A program made the translations under genes and the position numbers. Positions 51,001-62,767 of a stretch of DNA of 64,000 nucleotides are shown here, in pieces. Numbering within the stretch: the stretch's first letter is position 1; every line of letters begins with the position of its first letter. Under the pieces are notes generated by a model, which saw only the letters and a list, made by a program, of their open reading frames with translations, was not told the origin of the DNA and searched no databases. Source of the DNA: Yuukianura sp. NJ FZ-2021 (lineage: Eukaryota); the NCBI GenBank assembly GCA_046563655.1, contig CM102290.1, positions 6,882,001-6,946,000 of the forward strand, in the 5' to 3' direction.

Positions 51001-54000
51001 GCTACCTATGCAGTAACTGGGAACTCTTTGAGAAATTGAAACAAAAATTATGATGGTCCCTTACACTTTCTGTCCATAACTTTCATAACTGACGACAGTT
51101 TCTTTTAAGCAAAGCGGCCTATAATATAAGCAACAAAAATCTAAGCATGACAAAACCTAAAAGCATTATTTTATAGTGAACGATAATTTGGTTAATTGGG
51201 TTGATAGTTTTGGGCTTTAACGTTGTGTTAGGTTTGATTAGAATAATTTGAATCCTTACATAATTTAACCTGCTTAAATTTTGGTTTGGATATATTTTTG
51301 TTGTTTGGATTATGACATGGACTCCTTTGAAGCCAAGTTTTGGTGATTTGAGAGAGTAAAAGTGCCGCAAAGTGTGGAAGTCTTGTGAAAAGTTTCAGTG
51401 AAATACTTCACGGGTGCTAAAGTGAGTCGTTTGAAGTGGCTATGAACAACACCAGCAGGAATCATCCCTGGATACAGAGGCGCTTGCGCCCGCCTTCTTT
51501 GAATTAACCTATGGCGACATTAAGCAAATGAGGGCGCGGCACCCCGTTACACGTTTGTTTAGTTTTTGGAACATAAAATACCTGGAATTGCAAAGCTGAC
51601 TAATTACTTTTCACCATTTTTTATGTCTTCTCCACCCACTATGTTTCAAATCAGTTGCGTAGCTTGTACTAAAATGATTAAGATTGAACCGATTTCGACG
51701 TACTTTGGATTTAGGTGTTTAGAAAGCGTTTTTGAAGAGTCAAAAGTCATGAAATTCTCTCAATTTTACTTGACCTCCTGTGTTTTTGGAAAGTTCAATT
51801 TTGAATTTGAAAGTAAAAGCTTTCTCCAACAACCTTTTTTATTTACTTCGGAATAGATTGACAGAGAGCATTCTTGGATTGTTGAATATTTGTTTCTTAA
51901 AAAAAAAGAGAAGGAATTCAGGATACGGTAACTTTTGTGTAATAAACCTAAAATATTGTTGAAAACCTAAAGAATTTTCATAGGATTCATATAACGTATA
52001 GTCAAATATAGCCATGTTCACCTCAATTCTTATGCATTTTTTTGCTAACAAGTGAGTACACAAAAACAAAACTGTTTTCGATGGAATTTCATAAATTTTC
52101 AGACATCAAATCGGAACAATAAGCGCAGCAAAGAAACAATTCTACTCTGCCAAGAAAATAAAATTGATTTTGTTTTGTCTTGAATTGAAAATCTTTGATC
52201 GAAGTACTTTTAAATAAGGCAAGGGATCCTTATTTCCGTTGCTTTCTAACGTTAAATTGAAACTGACTTTTCACAGTCAAAGTGAGCAAACAAATTCCAA
52301 TTTCGAAAACTTTTGGATACGTTGGACCAAACAAAAAAGTAAAGAGCTGTAAAACCTTGAGCCGTTCAAGAAAGGATATTCGCACAAAAATTCATATTAT
52401 CAGACAAAGAATGCAATCCTCAATTACTAGATTACTTTACTATGTATTAAATTCGTAATTCTATTTCCACATAATTACATTTGTTTTGCAATTCTACAAG
52501 GTGTTAGCAACCTGTTCCGAGAATTTTATATTGATTTCTGACTAGCTCTCCCTTATTGTTTACACTGTTCCTATTTTTAGCATTCATTTAATCAGAACCT
52601 ATTGACTTTTGGCTTATGGTGTTTAAGTTCTATTATTTTGTGCAGTAGTGTTTGTTCCCAAGTTTCTCCACCCGGTGGTTACAGATTTTTTTTGTGTCGG
52701 ACATCATCTTAATTTGCGAAACGTAGTTTCGTTAGGACGTAAACTTTAGAGTTTGATTAATATTTACTACCAGCACACATCCTGAATCTGTCTTTACTTT
52801 GGTACATTGTTTCAAAGGCTTTGGGTTATACATTGATTCCAGGGAATACCCCTTAGGCATTTCCTGGAATATTAAACTTCCTAAATTTCCAGACGTTTGC
52901 GAAACGGATCGTCTTTTCTTTTTTGGCTTTTAGCACTATCGCTTCACAAACAACAAAGTGGAATTCTTAAAACGTCACAGGAAGTCCTTTCTCGGGAATT
53001 CGAACAACTACTTCTTATGATTTCCCAAAATGAAAAATGGGAAGTAAGTTCTAAGTGAAGCATTACAAATTTCCTCGGGGTGACTCACGGATATTCTTTT
53101 CAGGACTTTCACTAGCAATGATTTTGAGCACCTTCTGGCGAACTATTTTTCCGTTTCCCGAAAGAGTAATATTTTAGATTGTGTTGGATTTTGTTCAGTA
53201 ATTTTACAATTTTTATAATTTTTGACTAGTTTCAAAAGGCTAAGTTTTCTCCCTAATTTTTCTATATAATATGGACTAAGTACTAGCTATTGGGTAAGTT
53301 TGAGAAAAATCCTTCGTAGCGTTTGTCATTGAAAACTGTTCAAACTTTTACTTCTGATATGTTTTGTTTTGCGTGTTATTGGTATAGTGTGTATGTGTGG
53401 GAGTTATAGGGTGGCAGAAATAGCGTCTGGCCTTGGGCTTTTCTTGCTATTTGTTGTATTTTTTCCTCCTTTACACATACAGTATCATAAGAGGGTCGGT
53501 TAGGAATAAGAAGTGTGAAGAGATAGGGTTTTCCAATTATTAATTAAAAATCAGGTTAAGATCATCTTGAAATGATCAATTGGTTCAATTTGTAAAAATA
53601 AACATTCAATTTTCTTAAATTCACACGTCAGAGAGTAAAAGTCAAGTTATTTAAAGTAGTTTTCCACGGTCCTAAAGAAGGAGCATTAGACCGGGTAGGT
53701 TTGTGCTCCTACGAAGTGTCGGAATTCCTACAGTATTCTACAGATTGCTTTAAAGACGCTAGTAATGAATTCGAAAGAATTGAAAAAAGAATACATATGA
53801 CGTTGGTTTTTGGTATTACAAAGAATTTATTATAACTCAAAATAAGAGAAATATTGTAAAACCGGTAGGAAGCACACCAAAGAAGAATTGATTCTAAAAA
53901 CTTTGTTTCTAATCAGCCCCCTGCAAATGGCGCCCATAGCAACCAACGCAATTTTTTGTTTGTGACGTCACCAGCTGAAAAATACCGTAATCGTGAATTT

Positions 54001-54334
54001 GGAACCCGCTGGCATTTATGTAAACAAGATGTGTCTTACGGGTTTCTATAGGACACCACCAATAATTGGCAGAATTCCGGTATTTTCAGCGGGTGACGTA
54101 ATTTTTTTTTCCACATGGCAACCAAACAAACTTTCCATTCGCACTACCTAGTAGTATTCTATTTACCTTGGTTTCTAATGTGTTCATAGGATAGGTTTTT
54201 TAGAATCAATTTTTAAAAACTTTTTCGTTAGAAGGAATTCACTCGAAACAATGTCATGGGACCACACGGTAATCATTGGTTTTAACTAAACAAAACGCTG
54301 ACGTTACTAAATAAACCGTTGTAACCGCCGTATC

Positions 54335-54573
54335 CAAGGCAACTAAACAAAATGACACACCGCATTATATACCTAATTATTATAAATTATTATAATAATT
54401 ATATTATAATTATAATATTATAATAATATTATATATATATTAATATATATATTATATTATATATACATTATATATTATATATATTATTAATAATTATAAT
54501 TATAATAATATAATAGGTTTATATTATTATAAACCTATAGTAATACGGTGTGTCTTTTTGTTTAGTTGCCTTG
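54335..54573. mobile_element. MITE with CAAGG termini and 8-bp TSD (P-element/hAT-like) and an AT-only interior
   Basis: TIR CAAGGCAACTAAACAAAA(T/A)GACACACCG; TSD GCCGTATC at 54327-54334 and 54574-54581. Confidence 0.88.
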
Positions 54574-55483
54574 GCCGTATCCAACTAGCGAAATGTACGC
54601 GAACGTTTGCAGGGGTGACATTTATTCAATTGAAGCACCAGCTCAAATCACCAGCATAAAAGTTGTTTGGCTCAATGAAATGGACACCAGTTGTAGAGAT
54701 AATGGATTCAGTTTTCGTTAAAATAGTTCACTTTGACCTTTGAAAAAGAAGCATTGCACTTCCGGTCAAAGCGGCAGCGAATTAGAAAAACGGCGTGGCG
54801 AGTTTAGTATTAATTTTTTTTTAAATTCGTTGGCGTAGGTTCCGAATATGAAACCTTTTTGGTGGTCACCCCTTCTTCTTTGTAATATTGGGTGTATTAA
54901 GATTGTGATTAACAATGTGAATTTCTATTGTGTGACCAATAGATAATAATAAGAATGGTGGGCTACTTATGTCTCCGCGCTCTCTTCATGAAAACGAATT
55001 TCATGCAAAAAAAAATCGGAATTTTTTTTCGAATCGGAATCGGAAACGGAAAACAGTGGAAAGTGGGGTATCCGAGGGTAAATTCTTCCTCAGCACCATC
55101 GCTTAATCAACAAAAACTTCTTTTTCACAAAAGTACCCCTCGAGAGTAGATTTCTTCAGAGAGTAGCACGTTTCCGGTTTGTTCGCAAGAACCGCCAAAT
55201 GTTTCATGCAACAACATAGCGGACAATATGAAACCATTTTATTAACCAATCAGTTATTTGTGGTTTCGGTTCCTGGGATTGACAAGAACCAGAAACGTGT
55301 CGGTTCTCGGTTCCTCCCGTTGAAGGGAACTGAACCGGAACCTTCATGCCGGTTCGGTTCATTAAAGGGAACCTATCCGAGAACCGAACGGGGAACCGCG
55401 GTTCCGGAACCCTTGGGCACAGAGAACCTTGAAACTCTAGTCGCTAGTCATAGGCAGCAGATTCAATTTATTTTTAAAACTAA

Positions 55484-56256
55484 AGCCCGTATCACATTGC
55501 CGACGCACCTCAACTTTTTGCGTTGGATTTGAATCCAACGCGAGAAAAAGGCTATCACATTGGATTTGAGGCTGCGTTGAGTTGACGCGCGTTTTTTCTC
55601 AGCCTCAAACTCAACGCGACCTCAAAATCGGGGAGCTATCACACTGCCTCCTTCCGATTCAAAACTGACGTCGCGTCAAGAAAAGTTGACGCGATGAGAA
55701 GTTGAACTTGGTTCAACTTTTCTTTGCGTCAAAATTGAATCGTCTGTTTTTTTAATTGTTTACCATCTGCTATTTGAACTTTAACTAACTATGACATGGT
55801 TTAACTTCAGTTTCAAGTCAGGTAATGTCCATTTTGCATTACTGAATCAAAATATCGTTAGAAGTTCCGGCGCCGGACTTGTTATTTGTATTTAATTATT
55901 TTATTTAATTAATTTATGGGAAAATGGATGAAGAACCTTGACTTTAATGGGAAAGTTAAGAAACGGAAGGTCAAGCACTGAAATTGACCAAGAATTACAT
56001 TTAACCTCAGCTTCTCAGCTGTTCATCCATATCCAATACTTTTCTGCATGTTCCTCATAGGCTATAAGTCATAGCCTAGGATCAGTCATAGTAGGTGTAG
56101 GGAAATCTGTGCGTTTTTTTTGAAGCTGCTTTTTTTTCAACGCCAGAGCTCGCAGTGTGATAGCCTTCGGGTCTGCGTCAAAATCAACGCGCTTTAATTC
56201 TGAGCGTCAACTTTAAAGTTGACGCACGACGCAAGGCCTGCAATGTGATTCGGGCT
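55484..56256. mobile_element. Non-autonomous Harbinger-type element, 773 bp
   Basis: TIR AGCCCG(T/A)ATCACATTGC, TAA TSD, subterminal GCTATCACA and CAACGCG repeats. Confidence 0.85.
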
Positions 56257-57122
56257 TAAGAATGTTTTTGAAAGTTTTAGAAAAAGAAAGGAGAGAGAAA
56301 TCTTATTTTTGGAACCAAAGCTGGGAGTAATGAATAATCAGGAGGAGTATTATATCCTAGAAGTGTGGTGTTGGATGTGATGTTAAGGAATTCACAATTT
56401 TGACGTTGATGAATCTAGTTTGTTCGTCGCTGAAGAATTCAACGGCAGGACTGGCCTGGACTGCGGGGGTTTTAATTGAATTCCAGTGACTGACACTAAC
56501 TTTGAGCACAAGGAGGCTTTGGTTTGTGGGTTCTTAAAGAAAAAGCCTAACCTTGGCCTAAAGTGAAAGTGAATTTCTTTTCGCTGGAGGATTCCTGAAA
56601 TTTCTTAAAGGATTTACAGAACCATTCTGAAGATGAGGAGAAGCATGTGGGTTCTTGGGATCTACTACCATCATGAAGAAACATAGTCTTTTTTCCTTCA
56701 TGTAGTCCAACGTTTAAGATGGAGACTGCAAGGAAGAAAACACTTTCCCAAATTAGTGGATTATTTAGTTATAACATGGATTTTGTCTTTTAAAACTTCA
56801 GGCATTGCGCGGAAAAAAACAACGGAACCGGAGGAAGAAAGACAAAAGAAAAGTTTTTTTTTTTACTACAGTCACTTTGAAATCTGGTTCAAATCTTTAT
56901 TTGTCCACGCCAAAGTGTCTCCGCTTGTAACCATTTTTATTGCGACAAGAGCGTTGGAAAGGAAAAAAAAGTTCAACAAGTTCAATTCAACTTTGCACTA
57001 ATGTCTGCCTACAGTTGATGGCGCCAAAACAAGTTTTATTTATAGAAAAGCAAATTATCCACCGCCAGATCCAAACACAACAACAAAACTTGTCCAAATA
57101 AATAAAATAAAATTAAAGCTTT

Positions 57123-57531
57123 AAAAGCAAACCGGAGTGTGCGAAAGTAACGAAGATGGCGCTTAATTCCGATCCCGTGGGCGTGGGGGTGGATTCCCCA
57201 CTTTTCCTGCAGCTCCCCCTTCCGGAGTGAGTTGGTGGGCCCCTCTCCTGTCCCCCCCCCCCAGGGTGAGTGAGGGGTGTGTCCACTCACCCATTTTTTC
57301 GGTTTAATATTGAAAAGGTCAATGACCTTGACCTTTGACACGGAAGGAGGTCACTGATCGTAATGATATTATAAACCTGAATTGACCCGGGTCGTGAGAT
57401 GGTGATTGGTGTAAGCCGGAATGAAATTGGTACAGTAGTTCCCGAGCTAATCGCCGCTGACGTACGGCCAGCCATACAAACAAACAGACAGACAATGTCA
57501 AGCCATAAAGTAGCGAAGCTTCGCTACTTTT
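57123..57531 (-). mobile_element. DINE-1/HINE-like element (short copy)
   Basis: Perfect palindrome AAAGTAGCGAAGCTTCGCTACTTT, subterminal copy AAAGTAACGAAG, (GTCT/GTTT) microsatellite, and the shared core CTCGGGAACTACT..CCAATTTCATTCCGG..GACCCGGG. Confidence 0.7.
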
Positions 57532-60434
57532 GAAGCATCACGGAGTTAGGAACTCCGAATATGTTTCTTCTTCGTATGTGTATTTTTTTTTATGTCCACT
57601 TCTTATTTATTTATTTTCATAACTGTTTTTGTGTGATTTTAATGTGCTGTGGCGCTAGTTGCTGTTGAACGTTTGGGTGGTGGGCATCAGTCGTGTTTGG
57701 GGGAATCACTGCCTTGAATTTGCATTGATGGAAAGCAAAGAAAGAAAATGTGTTTAGGTTGAAACGAAAATTTTTTTTCCGCTGAACTTCATTCCTATAC
57801 AGAGTTACATTTCCACTGGGAAAAAATATCAGGAGAAATGGAGTAATTCACTTTCCTTTGAATAAAAAAACCTTTCTTTTGACTGCTTCGCTACATTAAC
57901 ATGTAAATCTTTTTGCAAAATTGTCAAAATAAATTCACAAGATTGTGTTTGTTTGCTCCACTTCTAGAATCTTACATCCTTATTACTCAAAGTCAGAAAA
58001 TATGAACTTCAAAGCCACCACCAATTTCTACTCAATCGGTCTTCCTTTAAGTTTTACAAATGGTCTACTTTTAAAACTAATAATAAGTTTTATTTTATAT
58101 ACAAAATCCCAACGAACGAACTACAAACCGTCACTTTAACGATAAAAAAATCCGAAATGATTTATATACGTTCACCAATGCAAATTCGAAGTAATATATC
58201 ATAATATTGAAAACTTTTGAGGAGAAAAAAAGGCTCAGTTTAGTGAAATAAAAAGACTTCGAACTACGACGCCAAATCAGATCCAGAGACGTCATTGCAA
58301 CCAAATGCGAGGAAAAAGTTTAAAGGAAAAAGAAAAAAAAATCCATGGAAACTGTTGAGCGTTGGAAATCTGATCTAGAAAATCTATTACTACGAATTCC
58401 GGAGTGGATGCCACCCCTTGTAAAAGTTTTATGATTTAATTCACAGATTCTTGGACAGGAGTTACCTCCCATGCCTCCATGTGAACACTTTTCCAATTCC
58501 ATGACGCCTGAACTTCGTTTTCCATCAAAATGGCGCTGGTTCTGTAGAACAGGATGACTTGGACTCATAAAGTTCCTTCCAGAACCCTCCGCCGTTCTCT
58601 TTACATTAGGCTTTCTCCACTTCAAACCAAATTTCCAAATTTAATAGCCTCAAATGTCGCCGCAGTTCGGTTTGAACAGCTCAGCACTTTGCCAGTCGTT
58701 GTCAAAGTGTCTACCCTATCGTATCCGAGAACTTTGACCTGTCTATATAGACACTCCAGTCTAGCTTTTGCTGTTCCTACTTTCTCTCTCGCCAGAGCTG
58801 AGGTGAGTTAGGAAAGTTAAGTGTGACGTAGCAGCACTGAACTTTGTATTTAAATTAACTTGCGGAGAGTCCAGAACAAATAGGATTGGTGGAACTGGAA
58901 CCTATAGTTGGCTGGAACTAGCCTATTCGGTGCTGCTACGGTGATGGTGATGAAGTTAATCTGAAATTGGATCCCATTAGGCCATGAAACACTGGTTGTA
59001 ATAGGACCGGTTACGTCCTTTGGTACACCGATCGACATTGGAGTAATTTGGGGCGCAAGGTTCTGAGCAACGCTTCATCCTGCACCGTGGGCGATGTTCA
59101 GGAACCAACCAACGGATTATTCTGTTTATGCTCAATTTGTCACCTGGGAACCACCGAACCAGTTGTACAATATATAAGTCAAGCCACTTCCACTTTTTAT
59201 AATTTAATACACTGAAAGGATGACGCTGACGCTACAGCCTTCATCCTGCGGTTAGGATCGATCCGAAAACTTAGTATGAAATTGCACTACTTTTCTTTCT
59301 AATTCTGCCCTCTCCAATGCTCCAAAGTAATTAGAAATGATGATGTTGTAATTGGGGTAATTAGAGACATCTGTAATTTGAAAAGTTACAAAATAAAACA
59401 CAAAAATAGAAAGAAGGAAAACAAAAACAATGTCAACAGTCTCCCTACGTGCTAAAATGTTTTCGACGTGGTCTGAAAAAATAAATTTCTATGGGAATAG
59501 GTGACCCCTTTCACTCAATGTGAAAAGCGCCAGTCACTACAGTGACTTCAATATATCGAAGGAAGTTAGAAAGCGGGACACTTCTGAGTATTTTCTTTTG
59601 CTAAAACATTTGGAATGTCATATAATACCAAACATAGAAAAAGTTAAATATTTTTCTACCGAAATATTTTTCTTAACAAGGAGATGAATCTAGAAATTGT
59701 CACAGCAGTACTTTCTCCAGTACAAATATCAAGCAAAGTATGCCCAGGCATTTTTATTATAGTTTTGGTAATATAGCGGAAAAATTGAAATTTCCAATCC
59801 TGTACCAGTGTATGTCATGCGCAAGGTAACATACTTTACAAGAACAATGAATTTCTTCGTACCATTTTAAATCCTCTGCTTTCACTTTCTTTCAGGCTGA
59901 AATCAGAAACCAAAAGACCATAAAAAATTCAGTTTGTTTTTTTTTACTATACAGAAGATTCTCCTGTTCTAGAAACTCGTTATTCGGCGAAGCGTCTAAA
60001 AAGCAAATCTGATATTTTTTTTTAAATCAACAATTTTTGTTTGAACAAAATCAATAGTTGCACAGGGATGACTATTCCTCCTCATTAAGTTTCTTTTGAA
60101 GTTTGCCAACGCTATGTGGCCACTCGAAGAATTCAAACGGCTGGATTACCAAACATTCCGCCGCCCTGAATTAAAGGCTTTTAGTTTGATAGAAAAGGAA
60201 GTACATCAAACCATTTCAGGTACGTTCGAAAGAGGTCAACCTTTGCGCGGTCAACGCGTATTACATGTTGTACCCTTTGTCATTTCTAAAATCGAAAAAG
60301 GCGGCAGCAAAAAACTAGTTTTTAAAATATAATTAAAATTTCAACAAGGTGGATGCTATCCGAATCGCCCCGACTCTGATAACTTAAGTCAAAATTACAA
60401 AGAAGATAGAATTCTATCTTCTGTGCACTGCACA

Positions 60435-61878
60435 GGGTGCAACCCAGTTGCAAATGAATTGGTTCAAAACAAATTGGTTCAAGAGTCCAATTGGTTCAAG
60501 ACGCAAATTGATTCAAAAACAAAGGAACCCAAATGGGAACACACCATTGGTTCAAATGAATTGGTTCAAATGAAAAGGTTCGAAACAAATTTGTTCAAGA
60601 GTCCAATTGGTTCAAGACGCAAATTGATTCAAAAACAAAGGAACCCAAATGGGAACACACCATTGGTTCAAATGAATTGGTTCAAATGAAAAGGTTCGAA
60701 ACAAATTGGTTCAAGAGTACAATTGCTTCAAGATGCAAATTGATTCAAACACAACACAGCGCAGCTTAAAAAACACGACAGTACCCTGACCGTACCCACC
60801 AATTGTACTCAGGATGTAGTACATTTGTACCTATAACAATCCAAAGCAACATGTCCACGTCCATCTGTAGTAATGAAATAAGCTCGAGGTTCAAATTAGG
60901 TAGCACCCCGTTACTCGTGGATTTAGTATAAATCCAAATCCTGTTTTATTTTCCCACGCCGAAGGGGCGGTGTTACGTTTTTAAATTTGTAATAAACCGG
61001 TTGTAAACCGCCCATACTGATAATAGCGAAGCATTAGGGCCCCCCGAAGGGGGTTTGTTCCCCCCACTTTCCCGCCTCCCCCCCCCGGGAGGAGTGGGGC
61101 TGTTTTCCCCGCTTTCCCGCCCCCCCCCCCGGGGAGTAGGGGTGTGTTCCCTCCACTTTCCCGCCCCGCCGGGAGAGTGTGGGTATGTTCCCCCCACTTC
61201 CTCACCCCCATGGGGTGTCGCAGTGATTTCAAAGCAAGGCGTGGAGAGGTGGAATCCGGATGAAGCAACAACAGAACGAATGAATAGCCGACTCTGGAGT
61301 CTGGACGCGTGTATATGTCAACTGCGTAATAGATTTTTTGCTAAGCAGAGAATCAAGTCCCATGCCAATTGCCTTTCCAGTCTCACAAGCAGAGTTTTTT
61401 GTACCCACACTTGCATTACAAATGACCTTTAAAATCGATTTTGACCCGGAAGCAGGTGACCTAGGGTCACACATTACATACAAAAGTTGTTCCCCTCGAT
61501 GAGATGAATAACTTTTGTAGAGGTCATTTTCTGGGTTACCAGGGATGAAAGCGGTTGACCTTGACCTTTGACCCGGAAGGAGTTGCCCCACGGGGGTCAT
61601 ATTCAATAGTGAATAGGTCCGGGTCATGAGATGGTCACTGGTGAAAACCCGGTTGAAATTGGTCCAATAGTTCCGGAGCAAATCGTTCTAATGTTTTCCG
61701 GGACAGACAGACGGACGGACGGACGGACAGACAAACCTCTTTTATCATAATAGCTTCGCTATTATAATAATGATTATATGCTAGGTTAGGTAATTTCTTG
61801 AACTTGTTTTTTAAGTTGGTTAGCTTTTGAACAAAGAACCAATTGGTTTTGAACCATTTGAACCAATGGCATGGAACC
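60435..61878. mobile_element. AATTGGTTC-arm foldback MITE with internal ~115-bp duplications, interrupted by a HINE
   Basis: Same arm repeat and AATGGCATGGAACC end as the 38186 element; degenerate core hairpin at 60954-60970. The left boundary and TSD are uncertain. Confidence 0.65.
60991..61768 (-). mobile_element. DINE-1/HINE-like element
   Basis: Palindrome ATAATAGC-TTC-GCTATTAT, subterminal copy ATAATAGCGAAGC, 3' stem-loop matching the 41028 copy (GCGGTTTACAACCGGTTTATT), (GTCC)n microsatellite and a G/C-rich block. Confidence 0.78.
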
Positions 61879-62767
61879 CTGCAAATTACCTTGTCTTACT
61901 ATATCGAACTATTTTTCTCAACACGGTACATAGTGCCAATATTTGGCATTCGGAAATTAGTTGATCGAAATCTATAACAGTGAAGAATAGAAAATCTTGA
62001 TGTTAGGTTTTCCATAACTTTACCTTTGTATACATTTACCAAACTATTATTTTCCAAACTGTATAAGTCCGTTTACGGTAAACGGACTTAGTTTAAGGTA
62101 AAACTTTTACCTTAGAGGGTAACAAATAACAAAATGGAGGATTTTGACATGCTTTTGAAATCCGACCCACTCTAATTACTTCCATTGTGCTAACTTTGAC
62201 TATAAAAAATATCAAATAATTGTGTCACAGACATACAATGAGCTGGAATTTTCTCGCAAAAAGAAGTTTTGGACTTAATGGGAAAACAAAACCCAAATTC
62301 AACTGTATTCCCAGATCCGTGTTGAGATAGAAATGTTTACACGTTGGAGAAATCTTTCTCCAACATCCCTTTACCTCTTTTCTGGCTAAAAATAAAGTTT
62401 CAATTGAAAGGATAACAACTCATAAGCTTGTCTCTTGCAATCAAGAACTGCAATTTTGTCACAAATTGTAATAAAGTATACATTACGTTACAAAGTATAT
62501 TTTTTATGAGAACTCAAAAAAAGCCATGCTGGTAAAAAAAACAGAATCACACAAAGAAGGAACTTTGACTTCTTTTCCAAATAAGAAATTCTTCGAAAGG
62601 GATGAATTTTGGATCGGGAAAAGAAAGCTGCATTATTTTTGGTTGTCGATGTTTTAGAATCCTGATCCTGGATTTCATGTTTTATAAGACTTCATATGAT
62701 TTTGAAATTCAAATGGCAAATCCTATTATGTTCAATACACTAACCCACACATACACTATTCGTCCAA

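Noticed and set aside
55265..55440. GAACC/GGTTC repeat cluster as a discrete MITE
   Set aside because: Looks like a hAT-type subterminal remnant, but I could not define TIRs or a TSD.
55484..56256. Non-autonomous derivative of the autonomous Harbinger at 14993
   Set aside because: Same TAA TSD but different TIR and subterminal motifs, so it belongs to another Harbinger family.
58860..59215. Cys/Gly-rich frames faintly resembling a serine protease or SRCR fragment
   Set aside because: No catalytic or conserved motifs, interrupted by stops, and no convincing splice structure.
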